The position numbers were made by a program, and so were the translations under genes. This document shows positions 17,205 through 27,081 of a stretch of DNA of 64,000 nucleotides, piece by piece. The notes below the pieces were generated by a model. It was not told where the DNA came from, did not search any database, and saw only the letters and a list, made by a program, of their open reading frames with translations. The stretch is from a virus. The first letter of the stretch is position 1, and every line of letters starts with the position of its first letter. Location of the stretch: IMG/VR virus record IMGVR_UViG_3300020473_000016. One strand, written 5' to 3'.

Positions 17205-17938
17205 GGAAGATATGTCTAATACTTGCAACAAGTGTCATTGCAACCCCTGCAAATGCAGCAGACGTTGGTGGAGTTAGTGCTACTGCTAATCCAATCGCCA
17301 ACTCATCTGGCTCGGTAACTAACCAAGCTATACAGGTTTTACAAGGACCATACATAACTAACACCTATGGTGGTGGTATTCAGTGCCAAGGTGCTACCAT
17401 GAACATTACACCCTATGTTACTGGAACAGGATCATTTAAGCGACCCTTTGAAAGATACTATGACGATCCAGTGTATGATGTTCATGATGCCGATGATGAC
17501 GGACAGATAGACAATCCAGGTAATATACTATACTACGTTCCAACTCGTACCAATCAGACAGAGAACTACAATGTATCTTTAGGACTCTCTGCTACATGGT
17601 CACGTCCATTGGATAAAACATTACAAGACCAGTGTAAGGAAGCAGCAGAAGTCCAAATTAATATGCAGAGACAAATGACTGCTAATAAAAGATTAGACTT
17701 TGAGATCGCAAGATTAAAAAATTGTGGTGAGCTCATGCAAGCTGGAATTATGTTCCATCCTCAATCACCTTATGCATCTATCTGTGCTGACGTTGTACTA
17801 ATGACTCCTGTAGGACAGGTGACACCACATAGTCATAGTCTTAATGTGAATCAACCATCTGAAACTGAAGTCACTGAAGTCAAAGCAAATGGTACAGCAG
17901 AAGATCTAGGAGTACATACTATTGGTAATGTAGATTAA
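17201..17938 (+). CDS. Exported Cys-containing hypothetical protein (start uncertain: ATA at 17201 or ATG at 17033)
   Basis: Signal peptide (M)RKICLILATSVIATPANA; NSSGSVTNQAIQVLQG and RLDFEIARLKNCGEL motifs. Confidence 0.7.
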   Translation: MRKICLILATSVIATPANAADVGGVSATANPIANSSGSVTNQAIQVLQGPYITNTYGGGIQCQGATMNITPYVTGTGSFKRPFERYYDDPVYDVHDADDDGQIDNPGNILYYVPTRTNQTENYNVSLGLSATWSRPLDKTLQDQCKEAAEVQINMQRQMTANKRLDFEIARLKNCGELMQAGIMFHPQSPYASICADVVLMTPVGQVTPHSHSLNVNQPSETEVTEVKANGTAEDLGVHTIGNVD

Positions 17939-18793
17939 TTATTTTTTCCTTTTTATTGGAGGTAATCCTTTCTTCTTTCTATACTCGTCAGCAATAATGT
18001 CTGCACGAGTAGGTTTATAAGGAGTCTTACCGAGTGCTTTATTTACTTTAGTTAATACCTGTTTGATTGCAGGTTTAAAAACCCTTAGTAGTAAATCTGC
18101 TAGGGGTTTTGCTAATAGTGCAGATGCACCAGCGACTGCTGCGATTGAAGCGGTTGTAGTAGCTACTTGTGCAGAGGGTAGATACTGTTCTGCTATATTG
18201 ATAGGTTCATACAATTCTACACATATCCATGTTCCTTGCGTTGTCTTTTGCAATTCATGACCTACTACTTTTTCTTTCTCACTAGGCCCTATTGCACCAA
18301 TACGTAGAGATGTTGGGCCAGGACATTCTATTTCTTCTTTTGTTTTAGGTATCTCTGGGGTCTCTGGTGTAGTAATATCTGGCTCTGGTGGAGGTGCAAC
18401 TGGTGGTGCTTCTGTTTCTCTTGTAATTGTTAACTGATCTGGTTCATAATTCATTGCAGAATATGCAGGGTAAGTTCCATCAGGGCATAGTGTCATTACC
18501 TCACCCTCATCATTCTTCACAAGATCCTTATCATTTGGTATGTTATTCTTATGAGTCTTGTTATCCTTATGTGCCTTCACACAACCAGGCATATCCACAA
18601 CAGGATTCCCAATGTTAACTACTACTGGTGGAACCAAGTAATCAACATTAGGTTGTGTTGTCATCCACTTAGGAGTATAGATGTTTGGTATTTCATTTCT
18701 GATATTAACATCTGCAATGTAATACACATTCCGATTTATGGGATATGTATTCACACTTATGCTATGAATATCATTGATATGATGCCATATCAT
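17939..18793 (-). CDS. Pro-rich hypothetical protein with C-terminal hydrophobic helix and basic tail
   Basis: PPVAPPPEP, four Cys, ASIAAVAGASALLA.. Confidence 0.7.
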   Translation of the reverse strand: MIWHHINDIHSISVNTYPINRNVYYIADVNIRNEIPNIYTPKWMTTQPNVDYLVPPVVVNIGNPVVDMPGCVKAHKDNKTHKNNIPNDKDLVKNDEGEVMTLCPDGTYPAYSAMNYEPDQLTITRETEAPPVAPPPEPDITTPETPEIPKTKEEIECPGPTSLRIGAIGPSEKEKVVGHELQKTTQGTWICVELYEPINIAEQYLPSAQVATTTASIAAVAGASALLAKPLADLLLRVFKPAIKQVLTKVNKALGKTPYKPTRADIIADEYRKKKGLPPIKRKK

Positions 18794-19044
18794 TTAGGAA
18801 CTTCCTGTCTATAATCAGTAGGTTTTTGTTGTCTTACTACATCTCCAGTACTCTTAGGTAGCATCTCTGCTAGAGCACTACGAACTTCTTCTCTTATTAT
18901 GAGTTGAAGTTCTGATTGCTTTGCCCTGATTCTCTTCTCTGGTCCACCAGTTGCTTGGTCGATGGCATAATTGCCACCAACCACTGAACCAGTACCTATT
19001 ACAGCAATTGCTGTACCAGTAGAAGTAATCTTCTGGATGTCCAT
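18790..19044 (-). CDS. Hypothetical protein with N-terminal hydrophobic segment
   Basis: 84 aa; coupled stops and starts. Confidence 0.55.
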   Translation of the reverse strand: MDIQKITSTGTAIAVIGTGSVVGGNYAIDQATGGPEKRIRAKQSELQLIIREEVRSALAEMLPKSTGDVVRQQKPTDYRQEVPK

Positions 19045-19316
19045 TAGAATGGTTTAAGAGCCTGAGGAGATTTTGGATCTGCTTGAGGAGCATCAGGAGA
19101 GAGATCATTAGTTCCTATAGGAAGTGAACCACCACCTATTCCTGCTGCACCAGCACCACCTAGACCCCCAAGAGATCCAGTAACTGCTTCCATAGCCTGA
19201 GATTTAATTCCATCAATGATGGATGCTCTATTGAGATATACGTATAACCCACCACCGACAACGGAAGCAGATACAACAGTAGACGCAATAGCAAGTACAT
19301 TTACTAGTTTTTGCAT
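19044..19316 (-). CDS. Hypothetical membrane-anchored protein
   Basis: N-terminal TM MQKLVNVLAIASTVVSASVVGGGLYVY; Gly/Pro tail. Confidence 0.65.
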   Translation of the reverse strand: MQKLVNVLAIASTVVSASVVGGGLYVYLNRASIIDGIKSQAMEAVTGSLGGLGGAGAAGIGGGSLPIGTNDLSPDAPQADPKSPQALKPF

Positions 19317-19322
19317 GATTTT

Positions 19323-19778
19323 TTATAATGTATATTTTTTATCGTCAGCGACTGTGACAATCTTTAAAGGAGCTTGTTCAACTCTTATTGTTTGAGTAGG
19401 TCCAGCGTTTGCTATGATCTGCTCAATATCTTTTTTAGTAACAGCACCACCATTAATTGAGTTGCCGTTCTTGTCCATCTTCATAGTACCATCACCTTTC
19501 TTAGATGCTGTCTGAATTCCGAAGCTAGCTAAAACTCCTGTAAAAACCGAAGCTATAAATGTCGGATCTATTTTCTGTTGAGGGACACCAGGTATGGCAA
19601 CATAATTTAAAGTTAATATGCCTCCAGACCAGGCCAGGACTGTGATTCTGACCATTGTAGAAATGATCGCTGCCTGTTCTTCAGGGTCGGGAAGAATAGC
19701 ATCTTTTGCCTTAGCAAATATACCTTTCTTCTTCTCTTCCTCTGGTTTATTTACATCTTTTGTCACTTCATCTGTCAT
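19323..19778 (-). CDS. Two-TM conserved cyanophage protein
   Basis: VRITVLAWSGGILTLNY and IDPTFIASVFTGVLASFGIQTASKK. Confidence 0.7.
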   Translation of the reverse strand: MTDEVTKDVNKPEEEKKKGIFAKAKDAILPDPEEQAAIISTMVRITVLAWSGGILTLNYVAIPGVPQQKIDPTFIASVFTGVLASFGIQTASKKGDGTMKMDKNGNSINGGAVTKKDIEQIIANAGPTQTIRVEQAPLKIVTVADDKKYTL

Positions 19779-19800
19779 GATACCACACTTTAAGTCATAT

Positions 19801-20424
19801 TTATTTATCAGGAATCCACGCCAAATTTCCTGCAACAGAAATTCTGACATCATCTGTACCATAAAAAGGATAGACAAGATGGTTCAATGCAGCAGGAAAA
19901 AACACCATCATACCTTCCATGTTAGGATTCATTGCATAGTTATATGATTTTCTATTACCTAGTATGCTCATATATTCAAACTGAAAACAAGAAACACATG
20001 GAAGAGTAGTGTTCTTAGCAAAGGGTAACTCTAATTGTTGTCTAGCATCTGTTGGAATCTTCCTCCATATAACAAAGGAGAAGACACCAGAGTGTGTATG
20101 TGATGGATTAAATTCTGTTTGATACTGATAGTTTACCCATAGATCATTCAACTTTAAAATAAAAGGAACATCTACTGGAAATGCAGTAGGTCTTGGTCTG
20201 TAATCAAACTTCTGTTGATATATATCTACTACTTGTTGTATAAACTTCTCAAAACTTTCAGTTGATGTCAACTCTTGACTGTTAGAAATATTACCAGCGA
20301 GTCTATCTCTAACACACTCGCCAGCATTTTCTATCATGTTATCAATGTCCTCGATAACATCAGTAGGTAATACAACTTCTAACCACCCCTCATTCTTGGG
20401 TAGGACTGCTCTAGTTTTTAACAT
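19801..20424 (-). CDS. Putative 2OG-Fe(II) oxygenase
   Basis: WVNYQ..FNPSHTH SGVFSFVIW, FFPAALNHLVYPF, RISVAGN. Confidence 0.8.
   Translation of the reverse strand: MLKTRAVLPKNEGWLEVVLPTDVIEDIDNMIENAGECVRDRLAGNISNSQELTSTESFEKFIQQVVDIYQQKFDYRPRPTAFPVDVPFILKLNDLWVNYQYQTEFNPSHTHSGVFSFVIWRKIPTDARQQLELPFAKNTTLPCVSCFQFEYMSILGNRKSYNYAMNPNMEGMMVFFPAALNHLVYPFYGTDDVRISVAGNLAWIPDK
19802..19808 (-). promoter_or_regulatory. T4-type late promoter
   Basis: ATAAATA upstream of membrane-protein operon. Confidence 0.5.
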
Positions 20425-20455
20425 AATAAAATCAAGTCGGTATTATTATAGCATA

Positions 20456-22660
20456 TTATAAGTTTGTCTGTCCGTGATTTGAGAACTTATATGTTTGACT
20501 ACTGTTATCATATGCAGTGCAACAGAAATATACATTCTCATAAGAAGGTGTGTTTCCAGCACCTTGTCTAGGTGGAAGATAGAAAGTAGGGGTACTAGCA
20601 GGATTGGAAGGATTACCACCACCTTTCCAAGTAGTTAATGGATCTCCTTCTTCTCTCAACCATACCTTCCTTACCTTCATATTAATAACAAAATTTATAT
20701 TAATATTTCCAGTTGGATCTAAATTACCATACCCACTGTCTACACTCTGTCCAGGACTCCAACCATTAGCAGCAGCATAAGTACCATAAGCACCTATGGA
20801 TGACTCTCCACCTCTCAATCCAAGTGTATCATCTTGTCTTTCATCTGGATGAGATCCACTCGTTCCTTGACTACCAGAGAACCACCAACCACCATTAGCA
20901 TCACCATTAGTAACTTCTAATTTAAAATCATACACAGCATCGTCTGCTAACTTTCCTGTAAAGCAATCACTATATCCACTACCAGTATACACTGCTGTAC
21001 GAGCATCATTACTTAATGTCCAATTACTTTCAGGAAGAGCCCAACAAATATCCTGTGGTTCAGCAAATCTACCTCTTTCTACATCATAATTGTGTTGTAC
21101 TTGAGCATGACTTAATGCTGCATCATATATTCTTGCGATAGCAATCTGACCATTAAACCATCTCTGATCTCCATTATTATCAGGTTGACAACCTAGAGCC
21201 CAATGACAACTACTATAGTCAATCTGTTCCGTCTCAGCAAATGTAAAGTCTCCCATGTCTTCTATGTACATGCCATTCTTATAGACTCTCTTCCTAGCAC
21301 CATCAAATGTAGCTACAACATGATTCCAATGAGTAGAAACATCTCCTGTACCTTGATTAGTATTACCTGTACCACCAGTAGTCCATCCAGCATTAACTCG
21401 TCCCATCTGGAAATGGTATCCTTCTGGTCCACCGCCATGTGCGGTACGACTATCTACACTGATTGATACTCCGTTCTGATTAGCACCGTCATTCTGTGAT
21501 GAAATGATTGAATTTATACCATCGCCACCACCAACAGCATCAGCTTTATACCATGCTTCTAATGTAACTTGTCTATTGGTATGCACATCAGTAGGAAGTT
21601 CAGTAGTGTCTATATTATCATTACTACCATCAAAGTCAAAGTATTTTGCACTACCAGATCCACCAAAGGTTGCTCCATCAACAGTACCAGTAAATTTATT
21701 TGCAGCTACTTCAGTAGCAAGATTAGTTACTGTTGTACCACTACCAGGATAACAGGCAGTGTCAGAGAAATCGTAGAATAATTTACAATGAGTTGTTATT
21801 GGTGCAGATGATTCTGCTCCTTCTCTGTAAAGAGCAAGTGCTTCATAATCAGTAATTTCTCTATTAAAAAATCTAACTTGATCTATGCGTCCATCCCAGT
21901 GCTCAGTACCAGCAGAGTTAGATCCTATGTTCCATCCAGCACTACCACCATGTCCACCTGCCTCATCTTTTATGAAAACAGGATGGCCATTAATCCAAAC
22001 ATGATGATCAGTATCGGCACTACCAGCAACACTCCAAACTATATGATGCCACTTAGTACTACCACCATAATTCATAAATTCAACATGACCTACGTAATGA
22101 GAAGTACCACCATACATCAAAGTTACTCCATCAACCCAACCACTATTTGTAACAAACCCCATTGAAACTCTCTGGTTAGATATATTAGCATTAAAGCATT
22201 CATTCATAGCTCCAGCACCCATAGAATTCCAATCAACATTACTCTGAGCCCATAAAGATACTGTAAATGGATAAGAGTTCTTTGGAGTTCCACTTATTGC
22301 TATCGTACCACTATTAGTACCAAAGTCTCCAGAGTTTGCACCAAACTTAGCAGTAGAACTCCAAACTACATTAGTTGGAGTACCATCATGACTACCACCA
22401 ATATCATCACCATCGCCATCCATTTGCCATAAGGCCACGCCACTACTGTCACCAAAGGGATCAACATTACCTACCGTACTAGCACCACCACCTAATTCAT
22501 TCCATGAAGTACCGTCATATACTTTTAATTTACTACTAGCAGTATTAAAATACAAGTCACCTGCAACTCCCGAAGCAGGATCACTAGATGCAATAGCAAC
22601 TCCTATCCTATCTGATTTTCCTTCAGTACCTGTAGTACCATCTCCAACTAATACTGGCAT
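20456..22660 (-). CDS. Virion/fibre-associated protein with two LamG (ConA-like) domains
   Basis: WHHIVWS..WDGRIDQVRFFNREIT and WNHVVATFDG..FNGQIAIARIYDAALS. Confidence 0.75.
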   Translation of the reverse strand: MPVLVGDGTTGTEGKSDRIGVAIASSDPASGVAGDLYFNTASSKLKVYDGTSWNELGGGASTVGNVDPFGDSSGVALWQMDGDGDDIGGSHDGTPTNVVWSSTAKFGANSGDFGTNSGTIAISGTPKNSYPFTVSLWAQSNVDWNSMGAGAMNECFNANISNQRVSMGFVTNSGWVDGVTLMYGGTSHYVGHVEFMNYGGSTKWHHIVWSVAGSADTDHHVWINGHPVFIKDEAGGHGGSAGWNIGSNSAGTEHWDGRIDQVRFFNREITDYEALALYREGAESSAPITTHCKLFYDFSDTACYPGSGTTVTNLATEVAANKFTGTVDGATFGGSGSAKYFDFDGSNDNIDTTELPTDVHTNRQVTLEAWYKADAVGGGDGINSIISSQNDGANQNGVSISVDSRTAHGGGPEGYHFQMGRVNAGWTTGGTGNTNQGTGDVSTHWNHVVATFDGARKRVYKNGMYIEDMGDFTFAETEQIDYSSCHWALGCQPDNNGDQRWFNGQIAIARIYDAALSHAQVQHNYDVERGRFAEPQDICWALPESNWTLSNDARTAVYTGSGYSDCFTGKLADDAVYDFKLEVTNGDANGGWWFSGSQGTSGSHPDERQDDTLGLRGGESSIGAYGTYAAANGWSPGQSVDSGYGNLDPTGNININFVINMKVRKVWLREEGDPLTTWKGGGNPSNPASTPTFYLPPRQGAGNTPSYENVYFCCTAYDNSSQTYKFSNHGQTNL

Positions 22661-22669
22661 AATTACCTC

Positions 22670-23605
22670 TTAAACGTCTGACCAAGAAGAACCATTATAT
22701 ATCCTGACTTTTTTACTATCAGTCTTATAGTATATATCTCCAGCAGCAGGGGTAGAAGGATCAGAAGTTCCTGTTGCAAGACCTACTCGATCTTCCTTGA
22801 AAGAACCTGTAGTTGGAGTTCCAACAGCACCAGCATTAGTAGGAAATGATCTACCAGCACCCCAGATTATTCTGACAGCACCTCTACCACCTTTGTTTCC
22901 TCTCCATCTTCCACTAGCACCACCACCATAGTCGCCACCAACATCTGATTGACCACCATTTGTTCCTTCACCTTTTCCATCTTCACCACCTGAACCACCT
23001 CCACCGTCACCTGGATTAGCACCAGATGGATCTGCAATTTGTCCGTTAGCACCTTCACCTAAAAGTCCTACTCCTCCAGCAGAGAAGAAAGCCCAACCAC
23101 CACCAGCACCTCCTCCACCAGCTCCATTAGTCGCCCAAGGAGAAAATGCCTCATTATCACCACCATCTCCAGAATATCCACCAGCTCCACCACCGCCGTA
23201 GCCACCATTATTATAGACACTACCTCCACTACCACCACCATCAAAAACTCCTGCTGGTGATCCTTTATTAGCTGAAGATCCTACAACACCACCTTGTGCA
23301 GTTGTTGTTCCATGAGTGGCAGTAAATGATGAGTCTCCACCAGGAGTTCCATCATTCTGACCTGCTCCACCACCACTAGTTCCTGATGCTGGAGTACCTT
23401 GAACACCAACGACTACAGAATAACCTGTGCCTGGTACAACAGTAATATTATTTTTATATGCCAACGCTCCTCCACCAGCACCACCAGCACCTACACATAC
23501 TACACATACAGAAGTAACTCCAGCAGGACAAGTCCACGTATGGTTTCCTGCTACATTATAAATTTGATCTCCTCCAGCATCTCCTGTTGTTGCAACAACT
23601 GCCAT
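22670..23605 (-). CDS. Glycine-rich virion-associated protein
   Basis: TWTCPAGVTSVCVVCVGAGG..GAVRIIWG module; C-terminal GDIYYKTDSKKVRIYNGSSW. Confidence 0.7.
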   Translation of the reverse strand: MAVVATTGDAGGDQIYNVAGNHTWTCPAGVTSVCVVCVGAGGAGGGALAYKNNITVVPGTGYSVVVGVQGTPASGTSGGGAGQNDGTPGGDSSFTATHGTTTAQGGVVGSSANKGSPAGVFDGGGSGGSVYNNGGYGGGGAGGYSGDGGDNEAFSPWATNGAGGGGAGGGWAFFSAGGVGLLGEGANGQIADPSGANPGDGGGGSGGEDGKGEGTNGGQSDVGGDYGGGASGRWRGNKGGRGAVRIIWGAGRSFPTNAGAVGTPTTGSFKEDRVGLATGTSDPSTPAAGDIYYKTDSKKVRIYNGSSWSDV

Positions 23606-26600
23606 TATGATACCTCCGTCATAGCAATCTTATACTTCTTACCAGTCAATCTATTAATTAAATACATTGAATCAGCACCCTCTTGCATAGTCCAGTGTCC
23701 TTCAGTTCCATCAATTTCATTACCACCCATTCCCATATTATTCATCTGTAAGTCACCAGTGTATAGGTTAGCCCATCTATTAGAACTAGATCCAAGATCT
23801 CTTGTATTGTCAGCATCAGGAATAATATTACTAGCAACAGATCCTAGACCAAGATCTAGAGCAGTACCTAGTGTCCAAGTAAGACCACCTGATCCACCAG
23901 TTCCTCCACTATTAGGTCCGATAGTTCTTGTGTTCTCGTCAGCAATATAAACCCCATTGATAGAATAGTGTTTGTTATCTGCCAGATCCATATGCTCTGT
24001 AGACACCCAAGTGTTATAGGTAACACCACCATCTATGTGTTTGAATGTAAGTTTCTTATCTGTAGTACCCTTAACGATAATACCACCATCATCAGCAGAA
24101 GTATCTGAAGGACCAAGAGCAGTTATTTGTGCCGTTCCATTACCAGTAACATTGTTTGAAAGTACCGCAGTATTATTTGTAATAGAAACAATTGTTGTTC
24201 CACCAGGTATTGTGATACCACCAGTAGAAGTCTGAACCTCCATACCTGGAATCAATCCAAGTGTAGGGGTTATTGATGTAAGGTTAGCAGTACCATCTGT
24301 TACAGTAGCAGCAAAAGTTATACTTACAACAGCAGCAAGTTCGATTGCTTTGTCTGCCACCTCAACCACGTTAGATTTAACAGTAGTTGTTGTACCATTA
24401 ACTGTAAGGTTACCTTTAACAAGACAATCATTATTAATAGTTACGTCTTTGTTTAAAGTAAGATCGAAGTTTGCATCACCTCTTAACCATGCCTCAGTAC
24501 CAGAACCAATAACTAACTGCCTGTCACCATTAACATTAGGTGGTTCAAAGGTTGAGTTAGTTTGGTTAGCATCATCAGCAGGACCGATGATAACATTACC
24601 AGTACCTTTAACATTGTATCCAGCATAGTATCCTATGCAGACGTTTGCATTTCCTCCAGTGAGTGTCTCTAATGCGTTGTTACCAATAGCAACGTTCTTC
24701 TCACCAGTAAGGGAGACAAGCATTGTGTCTCTACCAATAGCAATATTGTCATCTCCAATTCCATTTGCTCGTAATGCACGATGACCCACGGATAAGTTCG
24801 CTGCACCAGAATTGGTTGTCAACTGTGACTCCATACCTATTGCAATGTTCTGAGATCCAGAACTGTTATTGGCAAGAGTATCATGTCCAATAGCTATGTT
24901 GGTATTAACACTACTGTTACCACGACCTATCTTAAATGGATCATTACTTGTTCCAAACAATACAAGGTCTGCGTTGTCTATATTAACAGTACCTTTAAGA
25001 AGAATGTTATCTGTAATAGAAGCACCAACTGTTAGGTCTTCATTAACTATTAAATTCTGATTAATTGTAAAGTCACCACCTGCTGCACCCATAGTAATAG
25101 CAGATGCTGCTCCAAATGCAGTGATAGAAGTAGCATTAGTATTGAATAGAGTAAAACCAGTAGATGTTGTTATCATACTGGTTAATATATTAGGACTGGT
25201 TTGGAATACAAGACGACCAGTACCAGTTGTATCACTAATCAAACCACGAAGCTGTGTGGATGTAGTAGATGCAAAGGTAGCAAGAGTATCAGATGTATAT
25301 GCTACGTTACCACCTGATCTAAGGTTTGCACTAACAGCAGCAACAGCATTGTCTGTTGTTAGAGTTACATCTCTTTGAACATCAAGAGTCTTTCCTGAAG
25401 TTATTGATAGAACACCAGATGCAGTTGATGTAATTTGAAGTCCATTAACAGATGTAGCAGTTGCTGCACCTAGTGATGGGTTCGTACATATAGGAGATGT
25501 TAAAGTCTTATTAGTAAGTGTCTGTGTCTCACCTTCTGTTACAAATCTTCTTGATACAGAACCATCCCATGATCTCCAGTAAGCACCAGACTCATACCAT
25601 TCTAATCTTTGATAAGCAGTTGTGTTTCCAGAACCATCAGTAGTTCTATTAAGTTGAATACCACCATCAGCACCACTTATATTATTACCCTTTCTAAGTT
25701 CAATTAAATTATCTTCTACTTCTAAAGTGGTTGTGTTTAAAATTGTTTGTGTACCATTGACAACTAGGTCACCACCAATGGTAACTGTAGATCCGTTGTC
25801 AGTAATAAGACTGTCTGCTAACTGGAAGTTACCAGAGTCCCACTTCATTACAGTGTTACCTGTTAGGTTAGCAGCATTCTTTAACTGGAAATCTAAACCA
25901 GATAATAGAACACCATTAGATGCTGTCAATGAAGCACCAGTATCACTGTTAACAGATGAAATTGTGATTGTTGTGACTCCACCAACTGTTGCCTGTGTAA
26001 CAGTAGATGCACCAGCAGCAGCAATCTTAAAGTCACCAGCAGTAACAGCATTACTTCCAGATGCTAATCTTGTTATAGTATCGTTGTCTTGACTAGCAAT
26101 GGTAACATCATTACCTGCCTGTGTTACTGTAACATTAGTACCACCTAAGATATTAACATCACCAGACACAAGAGTTCCAGCAGTTCCACCCTTAACACGA
26201 GTAACTGTGTTGGTAGAATCAAAAGTAATTGTTGGGTCGTTGTTGCCATCTATACCCTGTGCTACAGTTGTTGCTCCAGTAGCAAGGAATGTAAAATCTC
26301 CAGAGGCATATGACTGACCAGCAGTTGCTCTCAGTCTTGTAATAGTATCAACATATACTGAGCTAACATCAATAGTATTTGTTGCTGCGTTCTGTGTAAC
26401 AGTAGTAGATCCACTACCAGAAATTTTCATTGCACCTGTCTGTGCAGCACCACCTTGAGCAGCTTGTAGTGTTGTAATAGTATCTGCATCAGGAGCAGAA
26501 CCAGCAATAGTAATTACATCTCCAGCTCTAGAGATCTCTAACGCAACAGCATTAGAACCAGCTGGCACAGATTGAGGAGCACCAACAGCAATAGTAACAT

Positions 26601-27039
26601 CATCAGTACCTGTTCCAGATCCACCAGCAGTTAATCGAACAATTTTTTGAGTAGCATTTAATCCATCAGTAGCACTAATAGCGTAAGTAGTATTATCATT
26701 TGGAGTTACAACTGTTCCACCTAATGATATCTGAGTTCCGTTAACACTTATAGATGAGTTGGAGAGAGCATTGTTTGGAATGTTACTAAGAGTATTCTGA
26801 GATCCAGATATGATTGCTGAAGTAAGAGTCTTATTAGTAAGAGTCTGGGTTTGTGTTAGATAAACATCACCAGGCGTACCCCATGACACCGCAGTACCAT
26901 CACTGGTCAAGTACTTACCTGAACCTGTGTCTGAACTGATAATGATATTATTACCTGATAAATCTAGATTGTCACCTGATACAAGTTCCTCTATCTTCTT
27001 AGAAACTTCATTAACAATCAATGGAAAACGATTAGCCAT
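23605..27039 (-). CDS. Long tail fibre-like protein
   Basis: Thr/Gly-rich repeats, YadA-like N(I/V)AIG..AL head repeats, C-terminal PDADNTRDLGSSSNRWANLYTGDL..WTMQEG. Confidence 0.75.
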   Translation of the reverse strand: MANRFPLIVNEVSKKIEELVSGDNLDLSGNNIIISSDTGSGKYLTSDGTAVSWGTPGDVYLTQTQTLTNKTLTSAIISGSQNTLSNIPNNALSNSSISVNGTQISLGGTVVTPNDNTTYAISATDGLNATQKIVRLTAGGSGTGTDDVTIAVGAPQSVPAGSNAVALEISRAGDVITIAGSAPDADTITTLQAAQGGAAQTGAMKISGSGSTTVTQNAATNTIDVSSVYVDTITRLRATAGQSYASGDFTFLATGATTVAQGIDGNNDPTITFDSTNTVTRVKGGTAGTLVSGDVNILGGTNVTVTQAGNDVTIASQDNDTITRLASGSNAVTAGDFKIAAAGASTVTQATVGGVTTITISSVNSDTGASLTASNGVLLSGLDFQLKNAANLTGNTVMKWDSGNFQLADSLITDNGSTVTIGGDLVVNGTQTILNTTTLEVEDNLIELRKGNNISGADGGIQLNRTTDGSGNTTAYQRLEWYESGAYWRSWDGSVSRRFVTEGETQTLTNKTLTSPICTNPSLGAATATSVNGLQITSTASGVLSITSGKTLDVQRDVTLTTDNAVAAVSANLRSGGNVAYTSDTLATFASTTSTQLRGLISDTTGTGRLVFQTSPNILTSMITTSTGFTLFNTNATSITAFGAASAITMGAAGGDFTINQNLIVNEDLTVGASITDNILLKGTVNIDNADLVLFGTSNDPFKIGRGNSSVNTNIAIGHDTLANNSSGSQNIAIGMESQLTTNSGAANLSVGHRALRANGIGDDNIAIGRDTMLVSLTGEKNVAIGNNALETLTGGNANVCIGYYAGYNVKGTGNVIIGPADDANQTNSTFEPPNVNGDRQLVIGSGTEAWLRGDANFDLTLNKDVTINNDCLVKGNLTVNGTTTTVKSNVVEVADKAIELAAVVSITFAATVTDGTANLTSITPTLGLIPGMEVQTSTGGITIPGGTTIVSITNNTAVLSNNVTGNGTAQITALGPSDTSADDGGIIVKGTTDKKLTFKHIDGGVTYNTWVSTEHMDLADNKHYSINGVYIADENTRTIGPNSGGTGGSGGLTWTLGTALDLGLGSVASNIIPDADNTRDLGSSSNRWANLYTGDLQMNNMGMGGNEIDGTEGHWTMQEGADSMYLINRLTGKKYKIAMTEVS

Positions 27040-27071
27040 TTACATTCCTGATGGATACTACTGCTCTGGTT

Positions 27072-27078
27072 TATTTAT
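27072..27078 (-). promoter_or_regulatory. T4-type late promoter
   Basis: ATAAATA in the short gap before the fibre gene. Confidence 0.55.
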
Positions 27079-27081
27079 GTC

